Assembly: GCA_950096985.1 (NCBI GenBank)
Contig: CATNBA010000004.1
Location: 5,618 to 69,617 of the forward strand
Direction of reading: 5' to 3'
From: an uncultured Candidatus Melainabacteria bacterium
Lineage (GTDB): Bacteria > Cyanobacteriota > Vampirovibrionia > Gastranaerophilales > Gastranaerophilaceae
Length of the DNA: 64,000 nucleotides
The notes under the pieces were generated by a model that did not search any database, had not been told where the DNA came from, and worked only from the letters and a program-made list of their open reading frames with translations. Every line of letters begins with the position of its first letter. The stretch's first letter is position 1. The position numbers were made by a program, and so were the translations under genes. Below, in pieces: positions 1 through 9,968 of the stretch.

Positions 1-1
1 T

Positions 2-442
2 ACACTGCAACAGGTTTCGCAGGAAATTCTTAAACGTGCTAATGAAAAAAATAATCAATATAATGTTCATACAGTCAACAATATTTTTAAACCCGCAGAT
101 GTTGGTGTTGATTTATATAAAGGCAATGTTGATTTAAAAACTGCAAAACAAATTGCTTTAAATAATTCAGGTTTACAAGTACAATTAAATCAAGAAGTAT
201 TGAATTCTATTAAATATTTGAATACACAAGCTGTACAAAATATTCATAAAAAAGTTGAAGGCAAAATTACCGTTGCTTTAAATGAGGGTGTAGGAAATAC
301 TCACAAAAGTTCAGAAACACCTAAATTTAACAGTATCATAAGTCTTGCTGCAGGCAAAGATAAAAATGGTTCTGCTCCTTCATACAAAGGTGAATTTTTG
401 TTTATCAAACGTGAAAAAGAAAAAGAAGAAATTGTGGCTTAG
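2..442 (+). CDS. Hypothetical protein, 5'-truncated by window edge
   Basis: The frame of the 200..442 ORF is open from position 2 (TLQQVSQEILKRANEK...) to TAG at 440-442; no recognisable family. Confidence 0.7.
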   Translation, partial: TLQQVSQEILKRANEKNNQYNVHTVNNIFKPADVGVDLYKGNVDLKTAKQIALNNSGLQVQLNQEVLNSIKYLNTQAVQNIHKKVEGKITVALNEGVGNTHKSSETPKFNSIISLAAGKDKNGSAPSYKGEFLFIKREKEKEEIVA

Positions 443-494
443 TCTATTGAAATCCTTCTGAAAATTTGTTAAAATGGATTATGAATAAGGAGGA

Positions 495-1217
495 TTGATG
501 AATAGTTTATTCAATATTGTAAATCGGAAGCCGCTAAATCATAGTTTAACAACTAAATATGCTTTCACACTGGCAGAAGTTTTAGTCACTTTAGGTATTA
601 TAGGAGTTGTATCAGCTTTGACGTTGCCTACTTTGGTTAAAAATCATCAGCGTCAGGTTTATGTAACTCAGCTGCATAAGGTTTACAATCAAATGTCACA
701 GGCTGTTGAATTATATATGACTGATACAAGAGCTGTTAGCCTGGCTGAAACTCGATTGAGAAATAATTCTGTAGAATTAAAACGATTTTTTACTAATTAT
801 TTTAAGGTTGTTAAAGATTGTAATGGCAGCTATGTTCCTTGCTTTGCAGATGAATACAAATCATTGGACGGCAGTAAAACAATTAATCCTAAACATTGGA
901 AATGCAATGTTGTTTTTACACTGGCAGATGGTACGGCTGTATGTGCTGATAGTAAAATTGAGGATAACTCAAAAGATGAAAATGATGAAGATGTTGTAAA
1001 TGGATATAATGGAATTAATGTAATTTCAATGGAATTTGATATTAACGGCACGCAGGGACCAAATATATATGGCAGGGATTATTTCTCATTTGACATAGAT
1101 GCAAGAGGAAATATTGTAGACCCAAATAAAAGCAAACATGAAAATGGTGTAAAACCATCTGAATTATTCGGTTATGTTGGAAGAATTATTGAAGATGGAT
1201 GGAAAATGGAATATTAA
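495..1217 (+). CDS. Type IV pilin/pseudopilin-like protein (prepilin N-terminal cleavage/methylation motif)
   Basis: AFTLAEVLVTLGIIGVVSALTLP class III signal; later DINGTQGPNIYGRDYF motif; AAGGAGG RBS and TTGAAA-N17-TAAAAT upstream. Confidence 0.9.
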   Translation: MMNSLFNIVNRKPLNHSLTTKYAFTLAEVLVTLGIIGVVSALTLPTLVKNHQRQVYVTQLHKVYNQMSQAVELYMTDTRAVSLAETRLRNNSVELKRFFTNYFKVVKDCNGSYVPCFADEYKSLDGSKTINPKHWKCNVVFTLADGTAVCADSKIEDNSKDENDEDVVNGYNGINVISMEFDINGTQGPNIYGRDYFSFDIDARGNIVDPNKSKHENGVKPSELFGYVGRIIEDGWKMEY

Positions 1218-1241
1218 GAAAAAATAGACAGGGTAACCTGT

Positions 1242-1619
1242 CTATTTTGTTTCTTCTTCATTGTCTTTTGCAAGATTATAAAATTCTTTTTCAAGTTCTT
1301 TTCTTATTTTATCACTGTCAGATGAGGATTTTTGACGTTCTTTCTGTTCCTCAAATGCTTTTTTCCTTGAGTTGATAACATTGGCAACATTCATCATTGC
1401 AAGAGAGTTCAAGGTTGCACGAAGCTGCGCACTTCTGTCAGTATATTTTTGACTTTCTAAATTTTCTTCTTCTTCTTCTCTTCTTTGCTGTGCAAAATAT
1501 TCGTTACCCTGCCCCATTTTATCATCTTGAGTTTTGGCAGCTGTACCTGAAATATCTCCGCTTTTGAAATTGAATGAGCCTCCGATTCCGAAGAATCCGG
1601 CTGATCTGTTATCGACCAT
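1242..1619 (-). CDS. Hypothetical protein (charged, helical)
   Basis: 125 aa ORF with GAGGG RBS-like sequence upstream; fills the space between two pilin genes. Confidence 0.7.
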   Translation of the reverse strand: MVDNRSAGFFGIGGSFNFKSGDISGTAAKTQDDKMGQGNEYFAQQRREEEEENLESQKYTDRSAQLRATLNSLAMMNVANVINSRKKAFEEQKERQKSSSDSDKIRKELEKEFYNLAKDNEEETK

Positions 1620-1825
1620 TTTTTACCCTCTTTGTGAATTTCCTCTATTTATTCAATAAGGATTTTATCAAATTGAATGGTATATTAACTCGTCTAAATA
1701 TATTATTTTGCTATCATGTTAACAAATGTTTACAAAAGTTAAATTCGTCTATACGGCAATGGATTTGTATTGAAAAATGCATGTAAATATGTTATTATAA
1801 GTATATACTGAGAGTATATGAAAGG

Positions 1826-2530
1826 ATGTTTATGAAAAAAGGTTTTACACTTACTGAACTGATGGTTGCTCTTGCAGTAATTGGTATTCTGGTTGCTGTT
1901 GTAACACCGGCTATTATGAAAACAAGACCTAATAAAAATAAAATGATGGTTAAAAAAACATTTTATGCAACAGAGCAGATTGTTAACTCATTAATTAATG
2001 ATGAGATTTTATATCCTGACATGCGCGAAGCTTGTCGTACAAATCAGGATAATGGCAATGATATATACTGTGCGTGGGGTTTTGACTATGTATATGAAGC
2101 CAATCAGGAAGGTGAAATATACGAGGGTGAAAATAAATTTGGGGCATTATTCAAATCTAGATTGAATGTTTCAAAAAATGTTGCCTCCAGTAAGGATGGA
2201 AAAGCTCCAAATGATACAGATTATTATCCGATTTTTTATACATCAGACGGCGTTAAATGGGATTTAACCGGTACTAAAGATGCGTGGGAAGACAGTAAAA
2301 AACCTGGTACTTTTGACAACCAGACTAGTGCAGCCGGTATAGGTAAAATATTTATAGATGTTAACGGTGATGAAGGTCCTGATTTGGCTTGTACAATGGA
2401 TGCGGGTACAGAAGACTGTGATCAGTATGAAATTCAAATTTTAGCTAACGGCAAATTAAGAATTAATCCTGACCATGAAAGAGCTGTCCAATGGACAACA
2501 ATTAATACATCAATTCGAGATTCTATATAA
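1826..2530 (+). CDS. Type IV pilin/pseudopilin-like protein
   Basis: KKGFTLTELMVALAVIGILVAVVTP class III signal; IDVNGDEGP motif; Cys pairs. Confidence 0.9.
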   Translation: MFMKKGFTLTELMVALAVIGILVAVVTPAIMKTRPNKNKMMVKKTFYATEQIVNSLINDEILYPDMREACRTNQDNGNDIYCAWGFDYVYEANQEGEIYEGENKFGALFKSRLNVSKNVASSKDGKAPNDTDYYPIFYTSDGVKWDLTGTKDAWEDSKKPGTFDNQTSAAGIGKIFIDVNGDEGPDLACTMDAGTEDCDQYEIQILANGKLRINPDHERAVQWTTINTSIRDSI

Positions 2531-2531
2531 T

Positions 2532-2870
2532 AAAGTAATCGAATAATCGCGCCCTTAGGGGTGAGGAAAGTCCGTGCATTCAAGGACAGGCAGCCGGAGA
2601 AACTTCCGGACGGTGTGAACCGGTGGATAGGACCACAGAAATGCGAACTGCTAACGGCTTTATAAGTGCGAGCGATGGTGCAACGGCGAGGTAAGAGCTC
2701 ACCAGCGGTATTGAGAGATATCGGCTAGGCAACCCCCTGCAGAATGCAAGGTTAAATTGAAGGTTATAAAGGCTGTCCGCCAACTTCAGAAAAACCGCTA
2801 GAGATTGGGAGTAATTCCAATACCAGACAGATGATTATTTAGAAACAGAACACGGCTTATGAGTTACTTT
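2532..2870 (+). ncRNA. rnpB: RNase P RNA (bacterial type A)
   Basis: Universal motifs GAGGAAAGTCC (about 2562-2572) and ACAGAACACGGCTTAT (about 2845-2860); P1 helix AAAGTAA(2532)/TTACTTT(2870); GC-rich relative to flanks. Confidence 0.95.
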
Positions 2871-2880
2871 ATTTTTTATA

Positions 2881-2912
2881 AAAAAAAGACCCTTCAAAAT
2901 GGGTCTTTTTTT
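2881..2912. terminator. Bidirectional intrinsic terminator between rnpB and prsA
   Basis: AAAAAAAGACCC-ttcaaaat-GGGTCTTTTTTT. Confidence 0.85.
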
Positions 2913-2921
2913 TAAGTCGTT

Positions 2922-4049
2922 TTATTTTTGAGGTTTTGGAACGGTATTTTCGCCGTTTTTTATGCTTTCCTGAATAGCTTTTTTGTTTGCATCAGGTGAA
3001 TATTCAGGATTTACGTAATCAATTTTGGCATTTTTCTTTAATGATTCTGTTAATTTATCTATTGCCTCAATCTGTTTTTGGTTTTCAAGATAACCTTTGA
3101 TGTCAGATTTTGCTTTTTCAAACGGTGTAGTTGATGCTGCCGCTCTGTCTGTTACCATAATGATGTGGTAGCCGTATTGAGTTCTTACCGGTTTATCTGA
3201 GATTGTGTTTGGTTTCATTGAAAATGCTGCTTTTGAAAATTCGGGAACCATTTCTTTTTCGTTAAAGAAACCTAAGTCACCGCCTTTTACAGCTGAAGTT
3301 GTGTCTTCGGAATTTTCTTTGGCAAGTTTTGCAAACTGTGTCAAATCTTTTTTTGCCTCAGCAAGCAGTTGGTTTGCTTTTGCTTCTTTTGCTTTAATTT
3401 CTTCATCAACTTTAGCTTTTATTGCATTGTCATCAAGAGATTTGTTTTTTGCATCTGATTTAATGATTTCTGTAATTTCTTCAGGGTTAACAGAAACAAG
3501 AATGTGAGATGCTCTTACTCTTTCAGGGTGTTTAAATTTGTTTGTATTTTCATTATAAAATTTTTTTGCCTCAGCATCAGAAACAGTAGAAGAACCTAAT
3601 TCTTTAGCAAGTTTTTTCATTTTAACTTCTTCTTTCAAATCTTTTTTAAATTGAGCGGCTGTAATACCGTGTTCTTTAAGCAGATTGTCAAGTTGTTCTT
3701 TTGAACCTAATTTATCAATAATTTCTTTTACTGCATCATCAACGTCTTTTGATGTAACTTCAATACCGCGTTTTGCAATTTCTTCTTCAAGTAGCGTTTT
3801 CACGATAAGCTCATTTATTACTCTTTCTTTTATAAGCAGGTAAAGAAAGCTGTTTTTGTCGCTTTTGACATCAATTCCCATAGCTTTAAGCATGCCGTTA
3901 TTAGTTTGTTTACTAAACATTTCGTCAAACTGACCTTGAGTAATTTTTTTATCATTAACCGTAATGATTGCCTCGCCTGATTTTAATCCGCATCCTGCAA
4001 ACAATACTGCAGAAACAGCTAAAGTAGCCAATAATTTCTTACCTCTCAT
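2922..4049 (-). CDS. prsA: Parvulin-type peptidyl-prolyl isomerase / foldase lipoprotein (PrsA-like)
   Basis: Lipobox LFAGC; RASHILV, FAKLAKENSED, GGDLGFF, MVPEF, YGYHII rotamase motifs. Confidence 0.85.
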   Translation of the reverse strand: MRGKKLLATLAVSAVLFAGCGLKSGEAIITVNDKKITQGQFDEMFSKQTNNGMLKAMGIDVKSDKNSFLYLLIKERVINELIVKTLLEEEIAKRGIEVTSKDVDDAVKEIIDKLGSKEQLDNLLKEHGITAAQFKKDLKEEVKMKKLAKELGSSTVSDAEAKKFYNENTNKFKHPERVRASHILVSVNPEEITEIIKSDAKNKSLDDNAIKAKVDEEIKAKEAKANQLLAEAKKDLTQFAKLAKENSEDTTSAVKGGDLGFFNEKEMVPEFSKAAFSMKPNTISDKPVRTQYGYHIIMVTDRAAASTTPFEKAKSDIKGYLENQKQIEAIDKLTESLKKNAKIDYVNPEYSPDANKKAIQESIKNGENTVPKPQK

Positions 4050-4058
4050 AATTTCTCC

Positions 4059-7000
4059 TTATTTTTTAGTATAGTCGTTTGAAACTTTAAATATATAATA
4101 AAACAAATCTGTCAAAATGTTAAATACTTCATTAAAGTTCATGTAAGAATTGTTTAATAATAGAATAGAACTTCCTTCGGTGCAAGAGTTTGGCGCAATT
4201 GTAAATTTTATTCTTTTTAAAATTTCTGATGGCAACGCCCGTTGAATAATCTGCCATTCAGCCTTGTTGTAAGGTGTATAAATTCTTATGTTATCATCAG
4301 TTTCACGTATAACTGAAATTTTTACATCAGTTGCCGCTAGTCTGATTTTTATAAGTTTTATTAGGTTTTCAACGCTTTCGGGTGGTTTGGCAAAACGGTC
4401 TTTCCATTCCTCTGTAATATAATCAAGTTCAATATCGGATTTTACATCCGCCAGACGCTTATACTCTATCATTTTTTGTTCGGCAGAACCGACCCATTCA
4501 TCAGGAATAAATGCTGTTACGTTTATATCAACGATGGTAGGATTAGTTTTGTCAACAGTTTCACCTTGAAGTTCCTGAACGGTTTCTTCCAAAAGCTGAC
4601 AGTATGTGTCAAAGCCTACATTAACCATATGCCCGTGTTGTTTTGTACCTAATATATTTCCGACACCGCGTATTTCAACATCGCGCATTGCGATTTGATA
4701 ACCGCTTCCAAGTGTTGTAAATTCTTTGATTGCTTTAAGTCTTTGGACGGCATCTGTCGTAATTTGTTTTGATTTTGTGTATAAACAATAGCAGTAAGCC
4801 TGTCTTTGTGAACGTCCGACGCGTCCTCTCAATTGATAAAGCTGTGCAAGTCCGAACTTGTCAGCATTGTGGATAATCATTGTGTTGGCATTTGGAATAT
4901 CTATACCGTTTTCGATAATCGTTGTAGCAAGCAAAATATCATATTCTTTGTTTGCAAAGTCAATAATAACTTTTTCAAGCATTTTTTCGTCCATTTGTCC
5001 GTGTCCGATTGCAATACGTGCGTTTGGAACAAGTTTTTGTAATTGCATCCTGAATTCGTCAATTGTTTCAACGCGATTGTATAGATAAAATACTTGTCCT
5101 TCACGGTCAAGTTCGTGGACAATGGCATTTTTAACCATATTTTCGTTCCACTCTCCTACATATGTCCTGATAGGAAGTCTGTTTTTAGGCGGAGTGTTTA
5201 TGATTGACATATCCTTAATGCCTGAAAGTGACATATAAAGAGTTCTTGGTATTGGAGTTGCGGACATTGTAATTATATCAATGTTTTCGCGTAAAGATTT
5301 AAGTTTTTCTTTGTGACGGACACCAAATCGGTGTTCTTCATCAATTACGAGCAATCCCAAATCTTTGAAAACAATTCCTTCCTGTAAAAGTCTGTGAGTT
5401 CCGACAACTACGTCGCATTCGCCTGTTGCAAGGTGTTTGATGGTTTCTTTTTGTTCTTTTTGAGAACGAAAACGCGATAGAAGCTCGACATTAACCCCGA
5501 AAGGTTTAAATCTTTCCATAATTGTCTGGTAGTGCTGAAACGCAAGAATTGTTGTAGGTACGACTACAGCAACCTGTTTCCCTGAAGTTACTGCCTTGAA
5601 AATTCCGCGCATTGCAACTTCTGTTTTACCAAACCCGACATCGCCGCAAATAAGCCTGTCCATTGGCTGTGAACTTTCCATATCGGATTTAATATCGTTA
5701 ATCGCTTTCATCTGGTCAGGAGTTTCTGTGAATTCAAAAGCTTCCTCCATTTCAACCTGCCAGGTTGTATCAGGTAAAAATTCAATACCCTGCTGCATTT
5801 TGCGTTTTGCATAAAGGCGTAACAAGTCGTATGCAACCTGTTCAACTTCTTTTTTGACGCGGGTTTTTGTGTTTTCCCAATCTTTTCCGCCCATTCTGGA
5901 AAGTTTCGGTTTCAATGCGCCCGAACCGCGATAGCGAACCAAAAGGTTTATTTGTTCGGCGGGAATATGGAGTCTGTCTTTGTTCGCATATTCAATTGTC
6001 AGGTAATCCTTTAACTGCCCGTCAATTTCCTGCTGAGAAAGTCCTTTATATACGCCTACCCCGTGGATTGAGTGAACAACATATTCTCCCTCTTTAATAT
6101 CATTAATACTTTCGATATATTCAGGTTTTTCCTTGTAATATGAGCGTTTGGACGAGGTAACTTCTTTGGTGCGCTTGTTGAAAAGTTCTCTGTCAGTCAG
6201 AATAATTGTTTTAAAATCCTCTAAGATTGTGCCTGCTGATGATATGCTTTCTGAGTATGCAATATCAAAAATGTCGCGTTCTTTTAAGATTTCTTTTACG
6301 CGTTCGGGATAATCGGTTGCTATAACTATATTATAATTTGATTTACCGCTTATGAAATTTGCAATATCGTCAAGGTTTGCGCCAAAGTTCTGAACAGGCT
6401 GTGCATCAAATTCTATAACTTCATCCATATCGCTGTCTAAGAAGTTATTAAATGCGACTTTTATAAATCCCGCAGATTTTTGTATAAAGTCTTCAAACGG
6501 AATATGATTTCTGCCTTTAAGGTCAATATTTAATCCGAGTTTTAGATTTTCCTGCATCTGGTCTTCAAAATTTTTGTCTACAAATTCGTATTTTGAATAA
6601 AGCTCGGATGTTTCATCAAACACCAGAATATAATCTTTAAAATAGTCCAGAATTCCAACCATATTAGTATTGAAGTAGTTCTGGTAAATTTCTATTCCTT
6701 CAAAATATCCGTCCTCATCCTCAGGCTTAATCTCTTGCGGTATACCGTTTTCGAGCGTAAATTTATACATCGGCATAATTTTTGCCGACTTAATTTTCTC
6801 AACAGATTTTTGGGTTTCATTGTTAAAATATCTTATATCAACAATTTCGTCGCCCCATAGTTCTATACGGACCGGATGTTTATCAAGGGAATAAAAATCT
6901 ATAATGTCACCTCGAATACTGAATTCACCAATATCCGATACCATTGTAGACCTTTTATAGCCCAAATCGATGAATTTTTGAGCAATGCTATTTATCTCGT

Positions 7001-7415
7001 CACCGATTTTTAAAGTGAAAGAATGTTTATCAAAAAAGCTTTGTGTCGGAAATTTTTCCAAAAGCGTTTTGACAGGTGCAATTACAATATCTGGTTTTTC
7101 CTGAAGAATTCTCACCTGTTCCGCGTAATCATATTTGTTTGGCGAAACAGCCTCATACATTGAAATATTCTGAAACGGGATTAAATCTGAAGTTTCTCCG
7201 AACGCTTTCAACAAATCGTTTTGGTATTTAAGAGCGTTTTGTTCGGTTGAGGTTATTACAAGAATTTTTTTATCAGTAATCTTTCTGATTTTTGTTATTA
7301 AAAGTAATCTCAAAAGTGTTGTCAAACCCGTTACGGCAAATGAAAATTTCCTTGTAAGAAAGCTTTCAAACAAAGAATAATTTTCATTATTTTCGGGTGG
7401 GATTACTTTAAACAT
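4059..7415 (-). CDS. mfd: Transcription-repair coupling factor
   Basis: CarD-like VVHSIHGVG; DRLICGDVGFGKTEVA; DEEHRFG; QLYQLRGRVGRS; TRCF C-terminus. Confidence 0.97.
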   Translation of the reverse strand: MFKVIPPENNENYSLFESFLTRKFSFAVTGLTTLLRLLLITKIRKITDKKILVITSTEQNALKYQNDLLKAFGETSDLIPFQNISMYEAVSPNKYDYAEQVRILQEKPDIVIAPVKTLLEKFPTQSFFDKHSFTLKIGDEINSIAQKFIDLGYKRSTMVSDIGEFSIRGDIIDFYSLDKHPVRIELWGDEIVDIRYFNNETQKSVEKIKSAKIMPMYKFTLENGIPQEIKPEDEDGYFEGIEIYQNYFNTNMVGILDYFKDYILVFDETSELYSKYEFVDKNFEDQMQENLKLGLNIDLKGRNHIPFEDFIQKSAGFIKVAFNNFLDSDMDEVIEFDAQPVQNFGANLDDIANFISGKSNYNIVIATDYPERVKEILKERDIFDIAYSESISSAGTILEDFKTIILTDRELFNKRTKEVTSSKRSYYKEKPEYIESINDIKEGEYVVHSIHGVGVYKGLSQQEIDGQLKDYLTIEYANKDRLHIPAEQINLLVRYRGSGALKPKLSRMGGKDWENTKTRVKKEVEQVAYDLLRLYAKRKMQQGIEFLPDTTWQVEMEEAFEFTETPDQMKAINDIKSDMESSQPMDRLICGDVGFGKTEVAMRGIFKAVTSGKQVAVVVPTTILAFQHYQTIMERFKPFGVNVELLSRFRSQKEQKETIKHLATGECDVVVGTHRLLQEGIVFKDLGLLVIDEEHRFGVRHKEKLKSLRENIDIITMSATPIPRTLYMSLSGIKDMSIINTPPKNRLPIRTYVGEWNENMVKNAIVHELDREGQVFYLYNRVETIDEFRMQLQKLVPNARIAIGHGQMDEKMLEKVIIDFANKEYDILLATTIIENGIDIPNANTMIIHNADKFGLAQLYQLRGRVGRSQRQAYCYCLYTKSKQITTDAVQRLKAIKEFTTLGSGYQIAMRDVEIRGVGNILGTKQHGHMVNVGFDTYCQLLEETVQELQGETVDKTNPTIVDINVTAFIPDEWVGSAEQKMIEYKRLADVKSDIELDYITEEWKDRFAKPPESVENLIKLIKIRLAATDVKISVIRETDDNIRIYTPYNKAEWQIIQRALPSEILKRIKFTIAPNSCTEGSSILLLNNSYMNFNEVFNILTDLFYYIFKVSNDYTKK

Positions 7416-7452
7416 ATTATTATATTAACATAAATTATGCTATAATTGCATT

Positions 7453-8370
7453 ATGAAAAGGGCTGTAATTTTTGCGCATTATGACAAACAAAATTTGATT
7501 GACGATTATGTTGTATATTATCTGAAAGCATTGAATGAGATTACCTCTGATATTGTTTTTGTATCTTGCTGTAATGTTGAAAATTCTGAAAAACTTGACG
7601 GTATTGCATCGCATATAATTGCAGAAGAACATAACGAATATGATTTCGGGTCATACAAACGCGGTTTTATGTATCTTTTGCCGCGATTGGATGAATTTGA
7701 TGAGATTGTTTTCGCAAATGACAGTTGTTTCGGTCCTTTTCATCCGTTAAATCTGATTTTTGAGGAAATGGGTTCAAAAGATTGTGATTTCTGGGGAATT
7801 ACAAAAAATAATTTTGGTTACAGAAAAAAGCCGAATCATTTTTTTGTAAGACGTCCGCATATTCAAAGTTATTTTGTTGTTTTTAAGAAAAATATTTTTA
7901 CATCTGATATTTTTAAAAACTTTATTACTTCTGTAAAACATGAAGAAAAAAAAGAACTTATTGTATCAAATTATGAAATCGGGCTCACAGAGCTGTTATG
8001 TGATAATGGGTTTAAATATGATGTATATGTAAATGCTTACAATCGGATTAATAACATAACCATTCTTAAATGGCGGCAAATTATACTTGAACACAAAATG
8101 CCTTTTATGAAATGTTCATTACCTCGTCTTGTAAATAAAAACTCGACGACTGTTGAAGGCTATCAGGATATAATAAAACAAGTTTCTGATTATCCAGTAA
8201 GTTTGATTGAAGAAAATGTTAACCGTACGCAATATATTAAAAACGGTCGTCATACAAGTCCAATTTTTATAAAAAGAGCCTTTTTTGATGTAATTGCAGA
8301 ACTGCCGTTTATAATCAGAAAACTAATCGCACTTTTTATCGCCAAATGTCTGCCTTTTATAAGAGATTAA
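7453..8370 (+). CDS. Rhamnan synthesis F (RgpF)-family protein
   Basis: FAHYD, YDFGSYKRG, NDSCFGP, DFWG, HIQSYF, YEIGLT motifs typical of RgpF-like proteins. Confidence 0.8.
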   Translation: MKRAVIFAHYDKQNLIDDYVVYYLKALNEITSDIVFVSCCNVENSEKLDGIASHIIAEEHNEYDFGSYKRGFMYLLPRLDEFDEIVFANDSCFGPFHPLNLIFEEMGSKDCDFWGITKNNFGYRKKPNHFFVRRPHIQSYFVVFKKNIFTSDIFKNFITSVKHEEKKELIVSNYEIGLTELLCDNGFKYDVYVNAYNRINNITILKWRQIILEHKMPFMKCSLPRLVNKNSTTVEGYQDIIKQVSDYPVSLIEENVNRTQYIKNGRHTSPIFIKRAFFDVIAELPFIIRKLIALFIAKCLPFIRD

Positions 8371-9171
8371 AATATGTTTTATTCGTTTTTTTAATTCTCT
8401 GGCATGCCATATAATATCTGAAAATGGTATGAATAGAAGTATTAACGGATTATATGTTTTTGAAAAAACATATAAATATGATGGAATTTGTAAGTCACGC
8501 GCAGATTTGTGTTGTGATACATTTATATAACTTTCTTTGTGTAATCTCCAGAAAGTCAATTTCTCATTAATATAATAAAATTTGCCATAATCTGCCATTT
8601 GTATCCACAAATGCCAATCTAAAAGATAATCAAGTTTCGGGTTAAAATCAAGTTTTAGAAGTTCTTCGCGTTTCGCCATTACCGATGAAAAAGTAAAAAT
8701 TTTATTGCTTTGATAAAATCTCCAGAACATATCGGAAGGATATTTTCTTTCAGCATTAACCTTTCGGGTTTTTCTTAATGCGTTATTAAAATCTGTAACT
8801 TTTTTCCCGTCACCAAAAAATTCGCAGTCATTGAAAATTAAATTTACTTCCGGATATTTTTTGGCGATTTGGACTTTTTTTTCAAGATAATCAGGTGTGA
8901 TTTTATCGTCACTTTCAAGAAAAACAACCCAATCACCTTTTGCTTCTTCAATCCCTCGCTTTACAGTACCTTTAAGTCCTAAATTTTTTTCGTTTTGAAA
9001 AAGCTTTATTCTACTATCGTTGAATGATTTAATCACCTTGATAGAATTATCGCTTGAACAGTCGTCAATTATTATAAGCTCCAAATCAGTATATGTCTGG
9101 CTTAAAACTGACTGAATGGTTTCTCCGATATATTGTTCGTAATTGTAACTTGCTGTGACAATTGAAATCAT
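8323..9171 (-). CDS. Glycosyltransferase family 2
   Basis: ISIVTASYN, IIIDDCSSD, FLESDD (DxD-like), DWHLW. Confidence 0.9.
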   Translation of the reverse strand: MISIVTASYNYEQYIGETIQSVLSQTYTDLELIIIDDCSSDNSIKVIKSFNDSRIKLFQNEKNLGLKGTVKRGIEEAKGDWVVFLESDDKITPDYLEKKVQIAKKYPEVNLIFNDCEFFGDGKKVTDFNNALRKTRKVNAERKYPSDMFWRFYQSNKIFTFSSVMAKREELLKLDFNPKLDYLLDWHLWIQMADYGKFYYINEKLTFWRLHKESYINVSQHKSARDLQIPSYLYVFSKTYNPLILLFIPFSDIIWHARELKKRIKHILISYKRQTFGDKKCD

Positions 9172-9185
9172 AAACTAATCATATA

Positions 9186-9217
9186 AAAAACTCACCCTGT
9201 TAGCAAGGTGAGTTTTT
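9186..9217. terminator. Intrinsic terminator (A/T tracts on both sides)
   Basis: AAAAACTCACC-N10-GGTGAGTTTTT, downstream of the 9235-9810 gene. Confidence 0.75.
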
Positions 9218-9234
9218 GTTATTATGTAAATTCG

Positions 9235-9810
9235 TTATTTTGTTTCTGCAAATAATCTTTCATACATGGTTTGTTTATTTGCGTGAACAGCTCCTTTGGT
9301 TCTTGAAACCATTTTATTAAATTCAGCAGCATCATAATTTGCTTTGGCTGCAATAGCCTGTTCTTTTAATGCAAGTGTTTCTCTTGCTGTTTTGGCTTCT
9401 GCTGCATTATATGCAACTGCTTTTTCTCCGCTGAATACATTTGAAAATTGTTTATCAGAAGTTTTCTTTGAAGATTTGAATAATCCTTTGAAATCATTCC
9501 ATAATTTTTTGCAAGAGAAGTTTTTCACATATTTCATAATTTCTTTGCGGTAAATAACACCTGTTGTTACCGCTGCAACACCAACTGCTGCCCCTGCGAT
9601 TTTTAAAGCTTTATTATCTTTTTTAAATTCAAATTCTTCGCCATTTTGAATTTTGTCTATATTTTTCAATGTTTGTTTCTGGAACTGGTCTTGTGACAAA
9701 GTTACAACTTTACCTTTAGGACTGGTTACCTGTAATTTTCCTTTTGCTGTTGCTTGAACTTCATTACCGCCTACTATTACTGCGGGTCCGATTGTCATGT
9801 TGTTTGCCAT
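9235..9810 (-). CDS. Hypothetical protein with one central hydrophobic segment
   Basis: 191 aa; IAGAAVGVAAVTTGVI segment followed by Lys-rich region; AAAGG RBS. Confidence 0.75.
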   Translation of the reverse strand: MANNMTIGPAVIVGGNEVQATAKGKLQVTSPKGKVVTLSQDQFQKQTLKNIDKIQNGEEFEFKKDNKALKIAGAAVGVAAVTTGVIYRKEIMKYVKNFSCKKLWNDFKGLFKSSKKTSDKQFSNVFSGEKAVAYNAAEAKTARETLALKEQAIAAKANYDAAEFNKMVSRTKGAVHANKQTMYERLFAETK

Positions 9811-9912
9811 AAATTTTACCTTTCAAATTTACACACTTATTATTGTTATCATGAAATCATGTGAATAATGTTTTGTGCTATTTGTTAAGCATAAAATTAA
9901 CAAATATTTACA

Positions 9913-9940
9913 AAACAGGGTGCTTATAAGCACCCTGTTT
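9913..9940. repeat. 28-bp perfect palindrome
   Basis: AAACAGGGTGCTTATAAGCACCCTGTTT is its own reverse complement. Confidence 0.85.
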
Positions 9941-9968
9941 GCTCTCTCTCTTTTTAACCATTATTCAT

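Noticed and set aside
2580-2783. 67 aa minus-strand ORF
   Set aside because: Lies antisense within the RNase P RNA gene; a shadow of GC-rich RNA sequence
8323-8370. 48-nt convergent overlap of RgpF-like and GT2 genes
   Set aside because: Tail-to-tail overlaps occur elsewhere here (mtnA/tyrA); no further structure suggests regulation
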